From the sequence record SRR22947727_2028: 47,975 nt of DNA, one strand, 5' to 3'. Position 1 is the first letter of the stretch, and each line of letters opens with the position of its first letter. Under the pieces are notes generated by a model. That model was given only the letters and a program-made list of their open reading frames with translations, had not been told where the DNA came from and searched no databases. Positions 19,986 through 30,630 of this stretch are shown piece after piece. Both the position numbers and the translations under genes were made by a program.

Positions 19986-20014
19986 GTATTAGGGGCATTG
20001 AACCGGCGCGTCAA
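19986..20014 (-). promoter_or_regulatory. Sigma70-type promoter of rpmB
   Basis: TTGACG (20014-20009), 17-nt spacer, TAATAC (19991-19986). Confidence 0.55.
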
Positions 20015-20123
20015 GCGCCTGACGCCTTGAAAAAGCCGAGTGGGTTCGAAAACCGCCCTAAATTTCCCACTGCAAGTGCCAAGGCGCGATCGCTGCGGTT
20101 TTACAACCGCCCAAACATTCGAA

Positions 20124-21107
20124 TCACTCACGTCGGCTAAGGTGTTTCAAAATCTGTTCCGCTGCACGCGCCGGAGAAAGCTCTCCGGCTTCAACTTGCA
20201 GGCCCAGACGGTCGATTTCATTTTTAATTTCTTGTCGGTTCAAAACGTCTAAGGCGCCTTGCTTGACGTCTTCCTCAAACCAAAATCGTGCCTGTTGGGC
20301 GCGCCGGCCTGCAAAATGGCCATTGGCTTTGCGCCAATTAGTCAGCTCAAGCACCCCTTGCCAAGCCGCTTCAAGTCCCAAAAGCGTTAAGGCAGATACG
20401 GTCATCGCCATCGGAAAGTTTGAAGGATCTTGAGGGCGCTTTCGCAGCAACCGCAAGGCACTGGAATAATCTGCGCAGGTGCGATTTGCCGCTGTGCTCA
20501 GCTCTCCATCGGCTTTATTCACCAAAATAATATCGGCCATTTCCATGATGCCACGTTTTACGCCCTGTAATTCATCGCCACCGGCCGGAGCCAAAAGCAG
20601 CAAAAAAATATCCGACATTTCCGACACGATCGTTTCCGATTGCCCCACCCCAACGGTTTCAATGAACACAACATCAAATCCGGCGGCCTCGCAGAGCGCC
20701 ACAGCATCGCGGCTGCGCCGCGTGACTCCTCCCAAATGAGATTGGCTGGGAGAGGGGCGGATAAAGGCCATTGGGTCGCGCGACAATCGATCCATTCTGG
20801 TTTTATCCCCCAAAATCGAGCCACCTGAACGCAGCGAGCTGGGATCAACCGCCAGCACCGCCACTTTCAAACCGCGCGCGGTGAGCAAGCTGCCAAAGGC
20901 CTCTATAAAGGTCGATTTCCCCACACCCGGCGTGCCTGATAACCCGATACGCAAGGCGCGTTTGGGATGTTTCTGGAGCGTTTGTATCAAAGCAATCGAT
21001 TGCTCGCGGTGATCACTGCGCCGGCTTTCAACCAGTGTAATCCCGCGTGCCAGGGCGCGGCGATCCTGCTGTAGGATTTGATGCGCTAGCTGATCGATAT
21101 CGGTCAT
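20124..21107 (-). CDS. meaB: Methylmalonyl-CoA mutase-associated GTPase MeaB
   Basis: RIGLSGTPGVGKST, DPSS...GGSILGDKTRM, ETVGVGQSE, GDELQGVKRG, NKAD; start set at ATG 21107. Confidence 0.95.
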   Translation of the reverse strand: MTDIDQLAHQILQQDRRALARGITLVESRRSDHREQSIALIQTLQKHPKRALRIGLSGTPGVGKSTFIEAFGSLLTARGLKVAVLAVDPSSLRSGGSILGDKTRMDRLSRDPMAFIRPSPSQSHLGGVTRRSRDAVALCEAAGFDVVFIETVGVGQSETIVSEMSDIFLLLLAPAGGDELQGVKRGIMEMADIILVNKADGELSTAANRTCADYSSALRLLRKRPQDPSNFPMAMTVSALTLLGLEAAWQGVLELTNWRKANGHFAGRRAQQARFWFEEDVKQGALDVLNRQEIKNEIDRLGLQVEAGELSPARAAEQILKHLSRRE

Positions 21108-21210
21108 TGAGGGTTTTAACTTTCTACGAGCAGGGGTTGGTGTTTCACGTCTTTGGCAGTATGGTTTTGACGCGAACTCGAAAGAAAAGTCCAGCGGAGC
21201 CTTTCTAAAA

Positions 21211-21942
21211 ATGCATTTTTTTAAAACGCTGGTAGCCTTTTTTCTATACATCTTTATCGCTGTGCCAAGTTTTTCGGCAACGTTAGGAGCGGTTGAAGGC
21301 GAAGAAACGCATCGCTTTGACGTGTTTCTTTTGGGTATCAAGGCGGGTGAACTTCGCTATCATAAAAGCGTGAAAGGCACCGCTTATTCGGCAAAAACGG
21401 TGTTGGAAACAACTGGTTTGGTGGCGTTGCTAGCCCCCTACATGTTTCAGGCAGAGGTAACGGGACAGCGCTTGAAAAACCGGTATCTTCCGCAAAGTTA
21501 TGTGGAAACATCCAATACTGGCAAGCGTATAACCAACAAAACAATGCGCTATAAAAATCAACGCCCAACGCTTTTGGCAGCTGGAGAGCGAAAAAAATAC
21601 TGCTTGAAACCCGCCGACCAAAAGGGCACGCTTGACCCGCTTTCGGCGCTGCTTGCTTTGCTTGATGACGCGGTGGGCTCTCAGCTGTGTAACGCCGATT
21701 TGCCAGTATTTGATGGGGAAAGGCGGGTTTCGCTCTCCTTATCGGGGCCCACAAAACTTCCAGAGGATGGATTGACCTGCCAGGGGATTTACACACGTCT
21801 AGGCGGGTTTTCCAAACAGGAACTGGCGGATGGAATCACATTCCCCTTTTACATAAATTACCACCCCATTGACGCTGGTTATAGGGTTACGAAATTCAGC
21901 TTCAGCACATTGCGTGGAACGGCGACCTTTGAGCGCCGTTAA
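21211..21942 (+). CDS. DUF3108 domain-containing exported protein
   Basis: Signal peptide, FDVFLLGIKAG, GTLDPLSA, FDG.R, C.G.Y.R.GGF; lies between meaB and hrpB. Confidence 0.75.
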   Translation: MHFFKTLVAFFLYIFIAVPSFSATLGAVEGEETHRFDVFLLGIKAGELRYHKSVKGTAYSAKTVLETTGLVALLAPYMFQAEVTGQRLKNRYLPQSYVETSNTGKRITNKTMRYKNQRPTLLAAGERKKYCLKPADQKGTLDPLSALLALLDDAVGSQLCNADLPVFDGERRVSLSLSGPTKLPEDGLTCQGIYTRLGGFSKQELADGITFPFYINYHPIDAGYRVTKFSFSTLRGTATFERR

Positions 21943-24391
21943 ATTCAATCCGGACCCCGCTTTGCCGATTACAAAAGTGATCCCAGAGCTGCTTGGGGCA
22001 ATCGAACGCAGCTCTAAACTGATCTTAACCGCGCCGCCCGGAGCTGGTAAAACCACCATAGTGCCGCTGGCCTTGTTGGCAGCGGGTAAAATTAAAGGCC
22101 GGATTATTGTGTTGGAGCCCCGCCGTCTGGCGGCCCGCGCCGCTGCAGAGCGCATGGCCCAAAGCCTGAATGAGGCGGCTGGCGATACGGTGGGGTATCG
22201 TATGCGAGGCCAGCAAAAAACCTCGACCCAGACGCGTATCGAGGTGGTGACCGAAGGCATTTTGACCCGAATGTTGCAAAGTGATCCTGAATTAACGGGC
22301 ATCGGTGCCGTAATTTTTGATGAGTTTCACGAGCGGTCTTTGAATGCAGATCTGGGTTTGGCCTTGTGTTTGGAAGCGGCCAGTGCGTTTCGCGAAGATC
22401 TGCGTATTCTTGTGATGTCGGCTACATTGGATGTCGCGCCGCTGGTCACGCTGATGCAGCATCCCCCGGTAATCGCAGCCGAGGGGCGTAGTTTTCCAGT
22501 CGCGCCAATTTGGCTGGACCGACCGCTTCCAAAATTAATTAAATTCGAAACTGCAATCTGCGATTTGGTCTTACAAGCGTTGCCGCAGACCAGCGGTGCG
22601 GTTTTGGTGTTCTTGCCTGGTGAGCGTGAAATTCACAAAACCGCTGTTTTGTTAAAGTCTAATTTGCCCAGAAGTTGCACAGTGAATACTTTATTCGGCG
22701 CGATGCGGTTTGAAGATCAGAAAGCAGCGCTGGCGCCGGCCTTGGACACGCGAAAAATTATATTGGCCACGGCGATTGCGGAAACCTCTCTCACGATTGA
22801 GGGCATTCGCGTTGTCGTCGATGGAGGCTTGGCCCGACGCGCTCAATATGATCCGGGTTCGGGCATGTCCCGCTTGATTACCCAGCGGGCGAGCAAGGCC
22901 GAAGCCACGCAGCGCCAGGGCCGCGCTGGGCGCCTTGACAGCGGATGGTGTTACAAATTGTGGTCAAAAGCGGAAGAGGGCGCTATGGCCGCTTTTGCCC
23001 CGCCGGAGATAAGTTCAGCAGATCTGGCACCTCTCGCGATTGAGCTGGCCATGTGGGGTGCCAGTCCGGATGACTTGCCGTTGCTGACACAGCCCAACCC
23101 GAAGGCGTTTGCCGAAGCGCAGGACCTGTTAATGGTGCTTGGTGCCTTAACGCCTTCCAAGCGACTGACCGCCCATGGCAAGGCGATGGCGCGGTTGCCA
23201 ATGCATCCGCGTGCTGCGCATATGGTGCGCAAAGCAGGCAATGCGGCTGCGCCAATCGCCAGTTTGCTTGCCGAAAAGGATCCTCTAAGCCGCGACGCGC
23301 CAAGCGATATCAGCCTGCGCCTCGAAGCCTTGCGCGATCTTGCTAAATTTAAGCAAAACAGGCCCTATGATGTAAAGATGCAAACCTTAAGCAGCATCAA
23401 GGCTGAAACCAAGCGCCTGCAAAAGCAGATCGGTCATCAGGCAGAGCCGCTCAGCGACGCTCAAATGATCGCGCTTGCCTATCCAGACCGGATCGGGTTG
23501 CGGCGTAAAGGCGGCGCGCCACGATTTTTGCTATCAGGTGGCAAAGGGGCAATTTTTAATGCAGAAGACCCTTTAAGTTCGCAGCGTCTATTGGTTGCTG
23601 CAGATTTAGATGGCAATCCAAAAGAAGCTAAAATTCGCGCAGCCATTGCGCTCTCAGAAGCCGAGTTGCGCAGCCTCTTTGCCGATCAAATCGAGTGGAA
23701 ACAAAGCTGTTTGTGGTCTAAGCGCGAAGCGCGTGTTGTAGCACGCAAAATCGAATATTTTGGTGCGCTTGCGCTTACCGAGCAGATTTGGAACGATGCG
23801 CCCGAACTGGATATTGCGCGTGCTATGTTAGAGGGGGTGCGCGAGATCGGGTTTGTGTATGCGCCCGCGGCGCGGCGCTTTATCAGCCGCGTGAACTTGG
23901 TGGGGCGCAACATGCCAGATTTTTCAGAGGCAGCGCTGATGGAAGGCTTGGAACGTTGGTTGCTGCCATATCTTGGTAAGATAAAAAATGCCGAAAGCTG
24001 GAAAAACTTTGATATCCTGCCAGCTTTACAGGCCCAGCTTTCATGGGAGCAAACGGCAGAGCTTGATCGCTTGGCTCCCGCGCATTTTGTGACCCCGCTT
24101 AACCGCAAAGTGGCGATTGATTACAGCTCAGGGGTTCCTGAAATTGCCGTGCGGTTGCAGGAAATGTTTGGGCAAACCAGCCATCCTAATATTGCGGGAA
24201 ACCCGCTTAAAATCACGCTGCTCTCGCCCGCTGGGCGGCCGTTGCAAACCACAATGGATCTGCCTGGTTTTTGGCGCAGCAGTTATCTGGACGTGCGTAA
24301 AGACATGCGCGGGCGCTATCCCAAGCATCCTTGGCCTGAAAACCCGGCGCAAGCCCTGCCGAGCCTGCATAAAAAGCGGTCTCCAAAATAG
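21929..24391 (+). CDS. hrpB: ATP-dependent RNA helicase HrpB
   Basis: APPGAGKTT, DEFHER, MSAT, ATAIAETSLTIEG, QRQGRAGR, C-terminal RGRYPKHPWP; exact start uncertain (TTG 21929 chosen). Confidence 0.96.
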   Translation: MSAVKFNPDPALPITKVIPELLGAIERSSKLILTAPPGAGKTTIVPLALLAAGKIKGRIIVLEPRRLAARAAAERMAQSLNEAAGDTVGYRMRGQQKTSTQTRIEVVTEGILTRMLQSDPELTGIGAVIFDEFHERSLNADLGLALCLEAASAFREDLRILVMSATLDVAPLVTLMQHPPVIAAEGRSFPVAPIWLDRPLPKLIKFETAICDLVLQALPQTSGAVLVFLPGEREIHKTAVLLKSNLPRSCTVNTLFGAMRFEDQKAALAPALDTRKIILATAIAETSLTIEGIRVVVDGGLARRAQYDPGSGMSRLITQRASKAEATQRQGRAGRLDSGWCYKLWSKAEEGAMAAFAPPEISSADLAPLAIELAMWGASPDDLPLLTQPNPKAFAEAQDLLMVLGALTPSKRLTAHGKAMARLPMHPRAAHMVRKAGNAAAPIASLLAEKDPLSRDAPSDISLRLEALRDLAKFKQNRPYDVKMQTLSSIKAETKRLQKQIGHQAEPLSDAQMIALAYPDRIGLRRKGGAPRFLLSGGKGAIFNAEDPLSSQRLLVAADLDGNPKEAKIRAAIALSEAELRSLFADQIEWKQSCLWSKREARVVARKIEYFGALALTEQIWNDAPELDIARAMLEGVREIGFVYAPAARRFISRVNLVGRNMPDFSEAALMEGLERWLLPYLGKIKNAESWKNFDILPALQAQLSWEQTAELDRLAPAHFVTPLNRKVAIDYSSGVPEIAVRLQEMFGQTSHPNIAGNPLKITLLSPAGRPLQTTMDLPGFWRSSYLDVRKDMRGRYPKHPWPENPAQALPSLHKKRSPK

Positions 24392-24429
24392 CGCCAAAGC
24401 GCTGCACGGTCCAGATTATGGCCGCTTTC

Positions 24430-24468
24430 ACCCTTGGTTTAAAATCGGCTGTTTAAACCAAGGGTTTT
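24430..24468 (+). terminator. Intrinsic terminator after hrpB
   Basis: 14-bp perfect inverted repeat ACCCTTGGTTTAAA / TTTAAACCAAGGGT with 8-nt loop, then a T run. Confidence 0.65.
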
Positions 24469-24535
24469 AAGAAAGCCTGATCCAACCGTCTAAGCCGCCT
24501 TTAAACATCATGCGGAAAAGCCTATTCTCGCCTTT

Positions 24536-24991
24536 ATGAACAATTCTGAAGACAAGGCGCATAGGCAGCAGCAAGCGGCGGCTTTATGTTTAAAGCATCG
24601 TAAAGGCAAATTATCGGTCTTGATGATTACAAGCCGAAAAACCAAACGCTGGATTTTGCCAAAGGGCTGGCTGGAAGAGGATAAAACCGAGGCCGAAGTT
24701 GCTCTGATGGAAGCCTGGGAAGAGGCCGGGGTTGTAGCAGATCCAACATCTCCGGCGTTGATCGGCTCTTATCACTACGTCAAACGCCTGCGCGGCGCGC
24801 AGGAAGTGCCCCTTGAGGTCAATGTTTACCGAATTGCCCCTTGTAAATTAGCAAAGCGCTATCCTGAGAAAAAACAACGGCAACGCAAATGGGTCTCGCT
24901 GAAAAAAGCCGCTAAAATGGTGGATGAACAAAGTTTAAAGCGATTGCTTTTGGCGCAGATTGAAAGCGATGAAGGCAGTGCTGGAGATTAA
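24536..24991 (+). CDS. NUDIX hydrolase
   Basis: [19 protein letters not shown]...EAWEEAG Nudix box. Confidence 0.92.
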   Translation: MNNSEDKAHRQQQAAALCLKHRKGKLSVLMITSRKTKRWILPKGWLEEDKTEAEVALMEAWEEAGVVADPTSPALIGSYHYVKRLRGAQEVPLEVNVYRIAPCKLAKRYPEKKQRQRKWVSLKKAAKMVDEQSLKRLLLAQIESDEGSAGD

Positions 24992-25752
24992 AAAGGATTT
25001 TGTGGGTATTTTACCGAGTGTAAATACAACCCTTGAGGCGGGCTGACCGGACCGCAGGCGGCGCGCGACCGCGCCTCAAGCGCTTGCTTGACTTGAGCGG
25101 GTGACCAAGCGCCCACGCCAACGCGCTCTAACGTGCCAATGAAGCTGCGCACCTGATTGTGTAGAAAACTGCGAGCCTCGACGGTGAAATGGAATTCGCA
25201 TCCAAAGGGTAAATCGATTTGTTCAATCTGCAGCCGGTCTAAGGTTTTTAACGGGCTTTGGGCCTGACACATGCTGGATCTGAAGGTTGTAAAATCATGC
25301 AAGCCGATCAAATGCTGCGCGGCCTCTTGCATGGGCTGTAAATGCAAATCCTGGCGTACTTGCCACACCAATCCCGCATTATGCACGGCGGGCGCGCGCC
25401 GCGAGAGAAGCTTGAAAACATATTTGCGCCCGATGGCCGAAAATCGTGCGTGCCAATCAGCCGCCACTTCGGCGCAAGCGGTGATCGAAACCGGCTGTGG
25501 TTTGAGGTGAAAGTTTAACGCTTCGCTCAAACGAAAGGGATCCCAGCGGGTGGATAAATCGCAATGCGCAACCTGCCCGATTGCGTGAACGCCCGTATCC
25601 GTGCGCCCAGCACCAGCCACCTCCTGCAGCCCAGGGGCAAGTTTTCGCAGGGCTGTTTCTAACGCCTCTTGAACCGAGGGTTGATCAGCTTGGCGCTGCC
25701 ATCCACAAAAAGGCGCGCCATGATATTCAATTTTGAAAGCGTAACGAGGCAT
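24988..25752 (-). CDS. truA: tRNA pseudouridine(38-40) synthase
   Basis: IEYHG...[36 protein letters not shown]. Confidence 0.97.
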   Translation of the reverse strand: MPRYAFKIEYHGAPFCGWQRQADQPSVQEALETALRKLAPGLQEVAGAGRTDTGVHAIGQVAHCDLSTRWDPFRLSEALNFHLKPQPVSITACAEVAADWHARFSAIGRKYVFKLLSRRAPAVHNAGLVWQVRQDLHLQPMQEAAQHLIGLHDFTTFRSSMCQAQSPLKTLDRLQIEQIDLPFGCEFHFTVEARSFLHNQVRSFIGTLERVGVGAWSPAQVKQALEARSRAACGPVSPPQGLYLHSVKYPQNPF

Positions 25753-25860
25753 GCGCGCGCTCTAAAGCAAAATAAAAGATTAGAAAAGCACTTCAAACCA
25801 AATCATAACTGTTTGCAAATGTACCGCCTTGCTTACCCGCATGCTGTTGGGCTGCGCATC

Positions 25861-26355
25861 TTAGCGCGTAAACCCGGGTTTTTCGACCGGCCCGGCGATC
25901 GTGTTCCATGCATTTTTAGACAATGAGACGCCCAAGATCCGGTTTGGATTGGTGGGCGGCGGCATATGAACATTTTGAAGCGTTGAAAACCCAAATCTTT
26001 TATAATAGGGCGCGTCACCGATCAGCATTACCCGCTGGTGACCCATGTCCTGCGCGATCTTCAGGCTTTCACGGATCAAAAAGCCCCCCAACCCTTCGCC
26101 TTGTCGGGTGGGATGCACCGCCACTGGGCCCAATAACAGCGCTGGTTGCTGGGCGATATTGACGGGCCAATATCGAATGGCCCCGCCAAGCGCGCCAGTT
26201 TCGTCACGGATCAAAAAGCATAAGGCCGCCACTGGGGTTGCATCATCGCGCAGGCGATAAGATGACAAGGCTTCGCGGCCGGGCGCAAAGCATAGGTCAA
26301 ACAAAGCTTCGACCTCCCACCAATCTGCGGGCGTTTCTGGCGTTAAATCAAGCAC
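25861..26355 (-). CDS. GNAT family N-acetyltransferase
   Basis: LLLGPVAVHPTRQGEGLG acetyl-CoA motif, LIGDAPYYKRFGF. Confidence 0.9.
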   Translation of the reverse strand: MLDLTPETPADWWEVEALFDLCFAPGREALSSYRLRDDATPVAALCFLIRDETGALGGAIRYWPVNIAQQPALLLGPVAVHPTRQGEGLGGFLIRESLKIAQDMGHQRVMLIGDAPYYKRFGFSTLQNVHMPPPTNPNRILGVSLSKNAWNTIAGPVEKPGFTR

Positions 26356-26392
26356 GGCTCATATTCCACTTTGCGCTGGAACTGGGCTTAAC

Positions 26393-27064
26393 ATGAGGAT
26401 AAGTCAGGATCAAACAGGAGAAAGAGCTATATTTTACGAACCCGAACAAGGCCATGGCCTGCCTTATAACCCTTTCAATGCCATCGTGACGCCCCGGCCA
26501 ATTGGTTGGATTTCAACCCGCGATGCACAAGGGCGTGATAACCTTGCCCCTTATTCATTTTTCAACGCCGTGGCCTATGTGCCCCCACAGGTGATGTTTG
26601 CCTCAACGGGGGAAAAGTCGGATCAAAATGGCACCAAAGACAGCGTTGCGAATATCCGGGAAACCGGCGTTTTTTGCGTGAATATTGTTGAACATGCGAT
26701 GATCGAGCAAATGAATGCAAGCGCCGCCACTTTGCCCTATGATACCAATGAATATGAACAAGCCGGGCTGCAGCAGATCGCGTGTAATATCATAAATTGC
26801 GCGCGCGTTGCCGGCGCGCCTGCGGCGCTAGAATGTAAGCTGACGCAAATTGTTAACCTGCCCGGCGCGGCTAATTTTGCCGTGTTTGGAGAAGTGATTG
26901 GTGTGCATATGCGGGAGGATTGTATCGAAAATGGCCGGTTTGATGTCACGAAATTCAAGCCTTTAACGCGTTTGGGGTATCGGGATTATGCAATCATTGA
27001 AGAGACGTTTGAATTGGCCCGTCCAGATGAAGGCAAAAATCCCAATATCAAGCCAAGGGTATAA
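26393..27064 (+). CDS. Flavin reductase family protein (DIM6/NTAB)
   Basis: PRPIGWIST, NLAPYSFFN, KDSVANIRETGVF, LECKL, RLGY; the family-typical start position is an ATA at 26429 behind AGGAG. Confidence 0.9.
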   Translation: MRISQDQTGERAIFYEPEQGHGLPYNPFNAIVTPRPIGWISTRDAQGRDNLAPYSFFNAVAYVPPQVMFASTGEKSDQNGTKDSVANIRETGVFCVNIVEHAMIEQMNASAATLPYDTNEYEQAGLQQIACNIINCARVAGAPAALECKLTQIVNLPGAANFAVFGEVIGVHMREDCIENGRFDVTKFKPLTRLGYRDYAIIEETFELARPDEGKNPNIKPRV

Positions 27065-27243
27065 TGTGCCTTGCACCACTGCCCGAATTCTGTTTTTTGG
27101 TTTTTATGAGATATCGTGCGCTTAAAAGCCGGCTCCGACGCGGCTAATCCTTTGTTTTGTATCCGCGGCCCCTTTGCGCGTGATGCTCTTTGCCCGGCCT
27201 AAGGCCATTTCAGATAATTCGCTTTTCAAGGACAGATCCCGTT

Positions 27244-28419
27244 ATGATCCCCTCAATTTTGCCAACTTACGCGCGCGCACCTTTCAGTTTCACCAAAGGC
27301 GAAGGCACCTGGCTGATCGAAGAAGATGGCCGCAGATTTTTGGATTTGGGCGCTGGCATTGCCGTGAATGCGCTGGGCCATGCGCATCCGAGCCTTGTTG
27401 CGGCCCTAACCGAGCAAGCGCAAAACCTTTGGCATGTGTCGAACCTATATACTATCCCCCAGCAAACGGAGCTGGCGGATCAACTTGTGGCGCAGAGTTT
27501 TGCCGATACGGTGTTTTTCACGAATTCGGGCACCGAAAGCTGCGAGCTTGCCGTCAAAATGGCGCGTAAATATTGGTTCGAAAAAGGCCAGTCAGACCGC
27601 GTTGAGATTATCACCTTCTCGGGATCTTTTCATGGCCGCTCTTCGGCGGGTATCGCGGCGGCGGGGTCAGAAAAAATGACCAAAGGTTTTGGCCCGCTTC
27701 TGCCGGGATTTGTGCATCTTGATTGGGCCGATCACGCCGCGATTGATGCCGCTATTACGGCAAAAACTGCGGCGATTTTGATTGAGCCGATTCAAGGTGA
27801 AGGCGGTATTCGCCCTGTGCCGGATGCTTGCTTGAAAGGCTTAAGAGAGCTTTGTGACCGCCATAATCTGCTGCTAATTTTTGACGAAGTGCAATGCGGT
27901 ATTGGCCGCAGTGGTAAGTTGTTCGCCCATGAATGGGCGGGCGTTGCCCCCGATATTATGATGGTCGCAAAAGGCATTGGTGGCGGATTTCCTTTGGGGG
28001 CTGTTTTGGCCAGTGAAGCGGCGGCTTTGGGCATGGGCGCGGGCACGCATGGATCAACTTATGGCGGAAATCCGTTGGCCTGCGCCGTTGGATGCGCGGT
28101 TTTGACAAGCGTCGCTGATGAGGCTTTTTTGGCTGAGGTGCGCCGGAAGTCAGCGTTGTTCAAACAAAAACTGGGGGGGCTGATCGCGGCCCATCCGGAT
28201 GTGTTTGAAAGTCTGCGCGGGGAAGGTTTGATGCTGGGCTTAAAATGTAAATGCGCAAATACAGATTTGGTGGCGGCCGGCTATGAGGCATTGGTTATCA
28301 CCGTTCCGGCTGCGGATAATGTGGTCCGTTTGTTACCGCCGCTAAACATCACGGATGATGAGATAGAGCTTGCAATCGCGCGGCTTGATCAGGCGGCGCA
28401 ACGCTTGAAACCAAAATAA
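27244..28419 (+). CDS. argD: Acetylornithine aminotransferase
   Basis: MIPSILPTY, GIAVNALGH, FTNSGTE, SFHGRS, DEVQCG, AKGIGGG PLP lysine; upstream of argF. Confidence 0.93.
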   Translation: MIPSILPTYARAPFSFTKGEGTWLIEEDGRRFLDLGAGIAVNALGHAHPSLVAALTEQAQNLWHVSNLYTIPQQTELADQLVAQSFADTVFFTNSGTESCELAVKMARKYWFEKGQSDRVEIITFSGSFHGRSSAGIAAAGSEKMTKGFGPLLPGFVHLDWADHAAIDAAITAKTAAILIEPIQGEGGIRPVPDACLKGLRELCDRHNLLLIFDEVQCGIGRSGKLFAHEWAGVAPDIMMVAKGIGGGFPLGAVLASEAAALGMGAGTHGSTYGGNPLACAVGCAVLTSVADEAFLAEVRRKSALFKQKLGGLIAAHPDVFESLRGEGLMLGLKCKCANTDLVAAGYEALVITVPAADNVVRLLPPLNITDDEIELAIARLDQAAQRLKPK

Positions 28420-28510
28420 TTTTAACGATGCGCTTGAAGCTTTGCCGCCCATAGGGCAGGTTGCGCGGTTTAAACCCGATGCGCGCGTTTAAAAAATAAG
28501 GAAAGCCCGG

Positions 28511-29437
28511 ATGCAACATTTTCTCGACATTCATAAATCTGCACCCGAAGCGCTGCGTCAGATTATCGACCAGGCGATGGAGATGAAAAACGACCGCGCG
28601 GGGCAACCGCGCGCTGCGTTAGACCGCGGGCGGCCTTTGGCGGGCCAGATGGTGGCGTTGATTTTTGAAAAACCCTCAACCCGTACGCGGATAAGCTTTG
28701 ATGTTGGTGTGCGCCAGATGGGGGGCGAAACCATGGTGCTTTCAGGCGCAGATATGCAGCTTGGACATGGGGAAACCATCGCTGACACGGCGCGGGTTCT
28801 GAGCCGCTATGTGGATTTGATCATGATCCGAACCTTTGAGGAGGCCACGCTGCTGGAAATGGCGGAACATGCCAGCGTACCAGTGATAAACGGACTGACC
28901 AATCGCACGCATCCTTGCCAGATTATGGCTGATATCATGACGTTTGAGGAACATCGCGGCCCGATCAAAGGCAAGAAAGTGGTGTGGTCAGGAGATGGTA
29001 ATAATGTCTTTGCCAGTTTTGCCCATGCCGCAGGCCAATTCGGGTTTGATCTCACCTTTACCGGGCCTGAGCCCTTAGATCCCGAAGAGGTGTTCGTGAA
29101 CGCGGCGCGCGCGAAAGGCGTAAAAATTGAGATTGAGCGCAACCCTCAAAAAGCTGTCGAGGGTGCCGATCTTGTGGTAACGGATACATGGGTTAGCATG
29201 CATGATCCGCAATCAGCGCGCGAACGCCGGCATAATCAATTGCGCGGCTATCAGGTGAACAGCGCCTTGATGGCCAACGCCAAATCTGAGGCTTTGTTTA
29301 TGCATTGCCTTCCCGCGCATCGTGAGGATGAAGCCACATCAGAAGTGATGGATGGCCCGCAATCTGTGATATTTGATGAGGCTGAAAATCGTTTGCACGT
29401 ACAAAAAGCAATCATGCGACACTGCTTGGGGCTTTAA
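28511..29437 (+). CDS. argF: Ornithine carbamoyltransferase
   Basis: [28 protein letters not shown]. Confidence 0.97.
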   Translation: MQHFLDIHKSAPEALRQIIDQAMEMKNDRAGQPRAALDRGRPLAGQMVALIFEKPSTRTRISFDVGVRQMGGETMVLSGADMQLGHGETIADTARVLSRYVDLIMIRTFEEATLLEMAEHASVPVINGLTNRTHPCQIMADIMTFEEHRGPIKGKKVVWSGDGNNVFASFAHAAGQFGFDLTFTGPEPLDPEEVFVNAARAKGVKIEIERNPQKAVEGADLVVTDTWVSMHDPQSARERRHNQLRGYQVNSALMANAKSEALFMHCLPAHREDEATSEVMDGPQSVIFDEAENRLHVQKAIMRHCLGL

Positions 29438-29838
29438 AAACCTGCGCTATTGCCATTGCTCTGGGGCGCTGTCCTGCGCGCTTGCCGGCGCAAGTGCCAG
29501 CGGTAGATAATGGGTGCAAGCACGTAATCATAAATGGCAGAGGCCGCCTGTTTTATGATCGGCAACCCGATCAGCCGCGCCAGAAAACGATAGCGCGGCA
29601 TATCTTGCCAAAGCACCAAAAAGGCAGGGATGCCGCTATAAAGCTGACCTGATTTACGCACGTAAAGGCGCTTCGCGGCTTGATCCGAGCTTAAGCCCCA
29701 GCTGTTTAAATCGCAGCTGTTGAGATCATCAAAGCGCAACGCCAACCCGCGATCAGCGCTATAGGAGGCGTAGTGGTTTATCTCAAAGCGGCATACAGGG
29801 CAGTCGGCGTTATATAAAATTTTGGTTTCTTCTTGCAT
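29434..29838 (-). CDS. DCC1-like thiol-disulfide oxidoreductase (DUF393)
   Basis: [10 protein letters not shown] motif, SGIPAF..LW; start set at ATG 29838. Confidence 0.85.
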   Translation of the reverse strand: MQEETKILYNADCPVCRFEINHYASYSADRGLALRFDDLNSCDLNSWGLSSDQAAKRLYVRKSGQLYSGIPAFLVLWQDMPRYRFLARLIGLPIIKQAASAIYDYVLAPIIYRWHLRRQARRTAPQSNGNSAGF

Positions 29839-29891
29839 CTTGCATCTCCTCGCCTCCACGAGTTAGGCGGCAAACGAAAGATGGCAAGCGC

Positions 29892-30422
29892 TCAATGGCC
29901 CTCAAACGAGCAAAGGCTGTGCAAGGGCAAGCCCATCGCCTGCAATTTCTTTGATCCGCCCAACTCGGGCAAATCAATCACAAAGGCACAGGCCGTTACA
30001 TCGCCGCCAAGCCGCTCAATCAGTTTCACGCCAGCCTCTGCTGTGCCCCCGGTGGCCAAAAGATCATCGACCACCAACACGGTTTCACCCGCTTCGATCG
30101 CGTCTTCGTGCAATTCAAGCACGGCTTGGCCATATTCTAACGTATACTCTTGGCTGATCACCGATCCCGGCAATTTACCCTGCTTGCGGATCGGCACGAA
30201 GCCGCATCCTAGATGGTAGGCAACGGCGCCGCCTAAAATAAATCCGCGCGCCTCTAAACCCGCGACTTTGTCAATTTTCTGCCCCAGATAGGGTGCAACC
30301 AATTGTTTGATCGCCAATTGAAACCCATCGGGGTCATCAAACAACGTTGTCACATCGCGAAACATAATGCCGGCATGGGGAAAATCAGGGATTGTGCGAA
30401 TATAGTCTTTTACGGTTTTCAT
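29892..30422 (-). CDS. apt: Adenine phosphoribosyltransferase
   Basis: IRTIPDFP...[32 protein letters not shown]. Confidence 0.97.
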   Translation of the reverse strand: MKTVKDYIRTIPDFPHAGIMFRDVTTLFDDPDGFQLAIKQLVAPYLGQKIDKVAGLEARGFILGGAVAYHLGCGFVPIRKQGKLPGSVISQEYTLEYGQAVLELHEDAIEAGETVLVVDDLLATGGTAEAGVKLIERLGGDVTACAFVIDLPELGGSKKLQAMGLPLHSLCSFEGH

Positions 30423-30517
30423 ACGAGCTCCAGAAGCAACCTAAAGATCTGGTAACACGAAATAATTTTTCTTTTCAAGTTGGATGTCTCAATCTTGATC
30501 GCCCAATAGATGCGCCG

Positions 30518-30572
30518 CGCTGCAGGACGGGCCCGTCGTAATGCTACCGCAAGCACAAGTAGGCTGTTCTCT
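30518..30572 (+). ncRNA. Candidate structured 5' leader of the SulP gene (possibly sul1 RNA motif)
   Basis: GACG-GGCC-CGTC hairpin and CTAC...GTAG pairing around a C(GCAA)G segment upstream of SulP; family identity not verified. Confidence 0.3.
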
Positions 30573-30630
30573 TTGGAAAAAATGCGGTAATGGACATTTT
30601 GAACCCACTCCCAGCGATTTGGATAAGCTT

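Noticed and set aside
21108-21341. N-terminal extension of meaB (405 aa version)
   Set aside because: Overlaps the DUF3108 gene on the opposite strand; MeaB-like sequence begins at MTDID
29832-29845. 7-bp tandem duplication ATGCAAG at the DUF393 start
   Set aside because: The second ATG is in frame with good SD spacing, so there is no evident consequence
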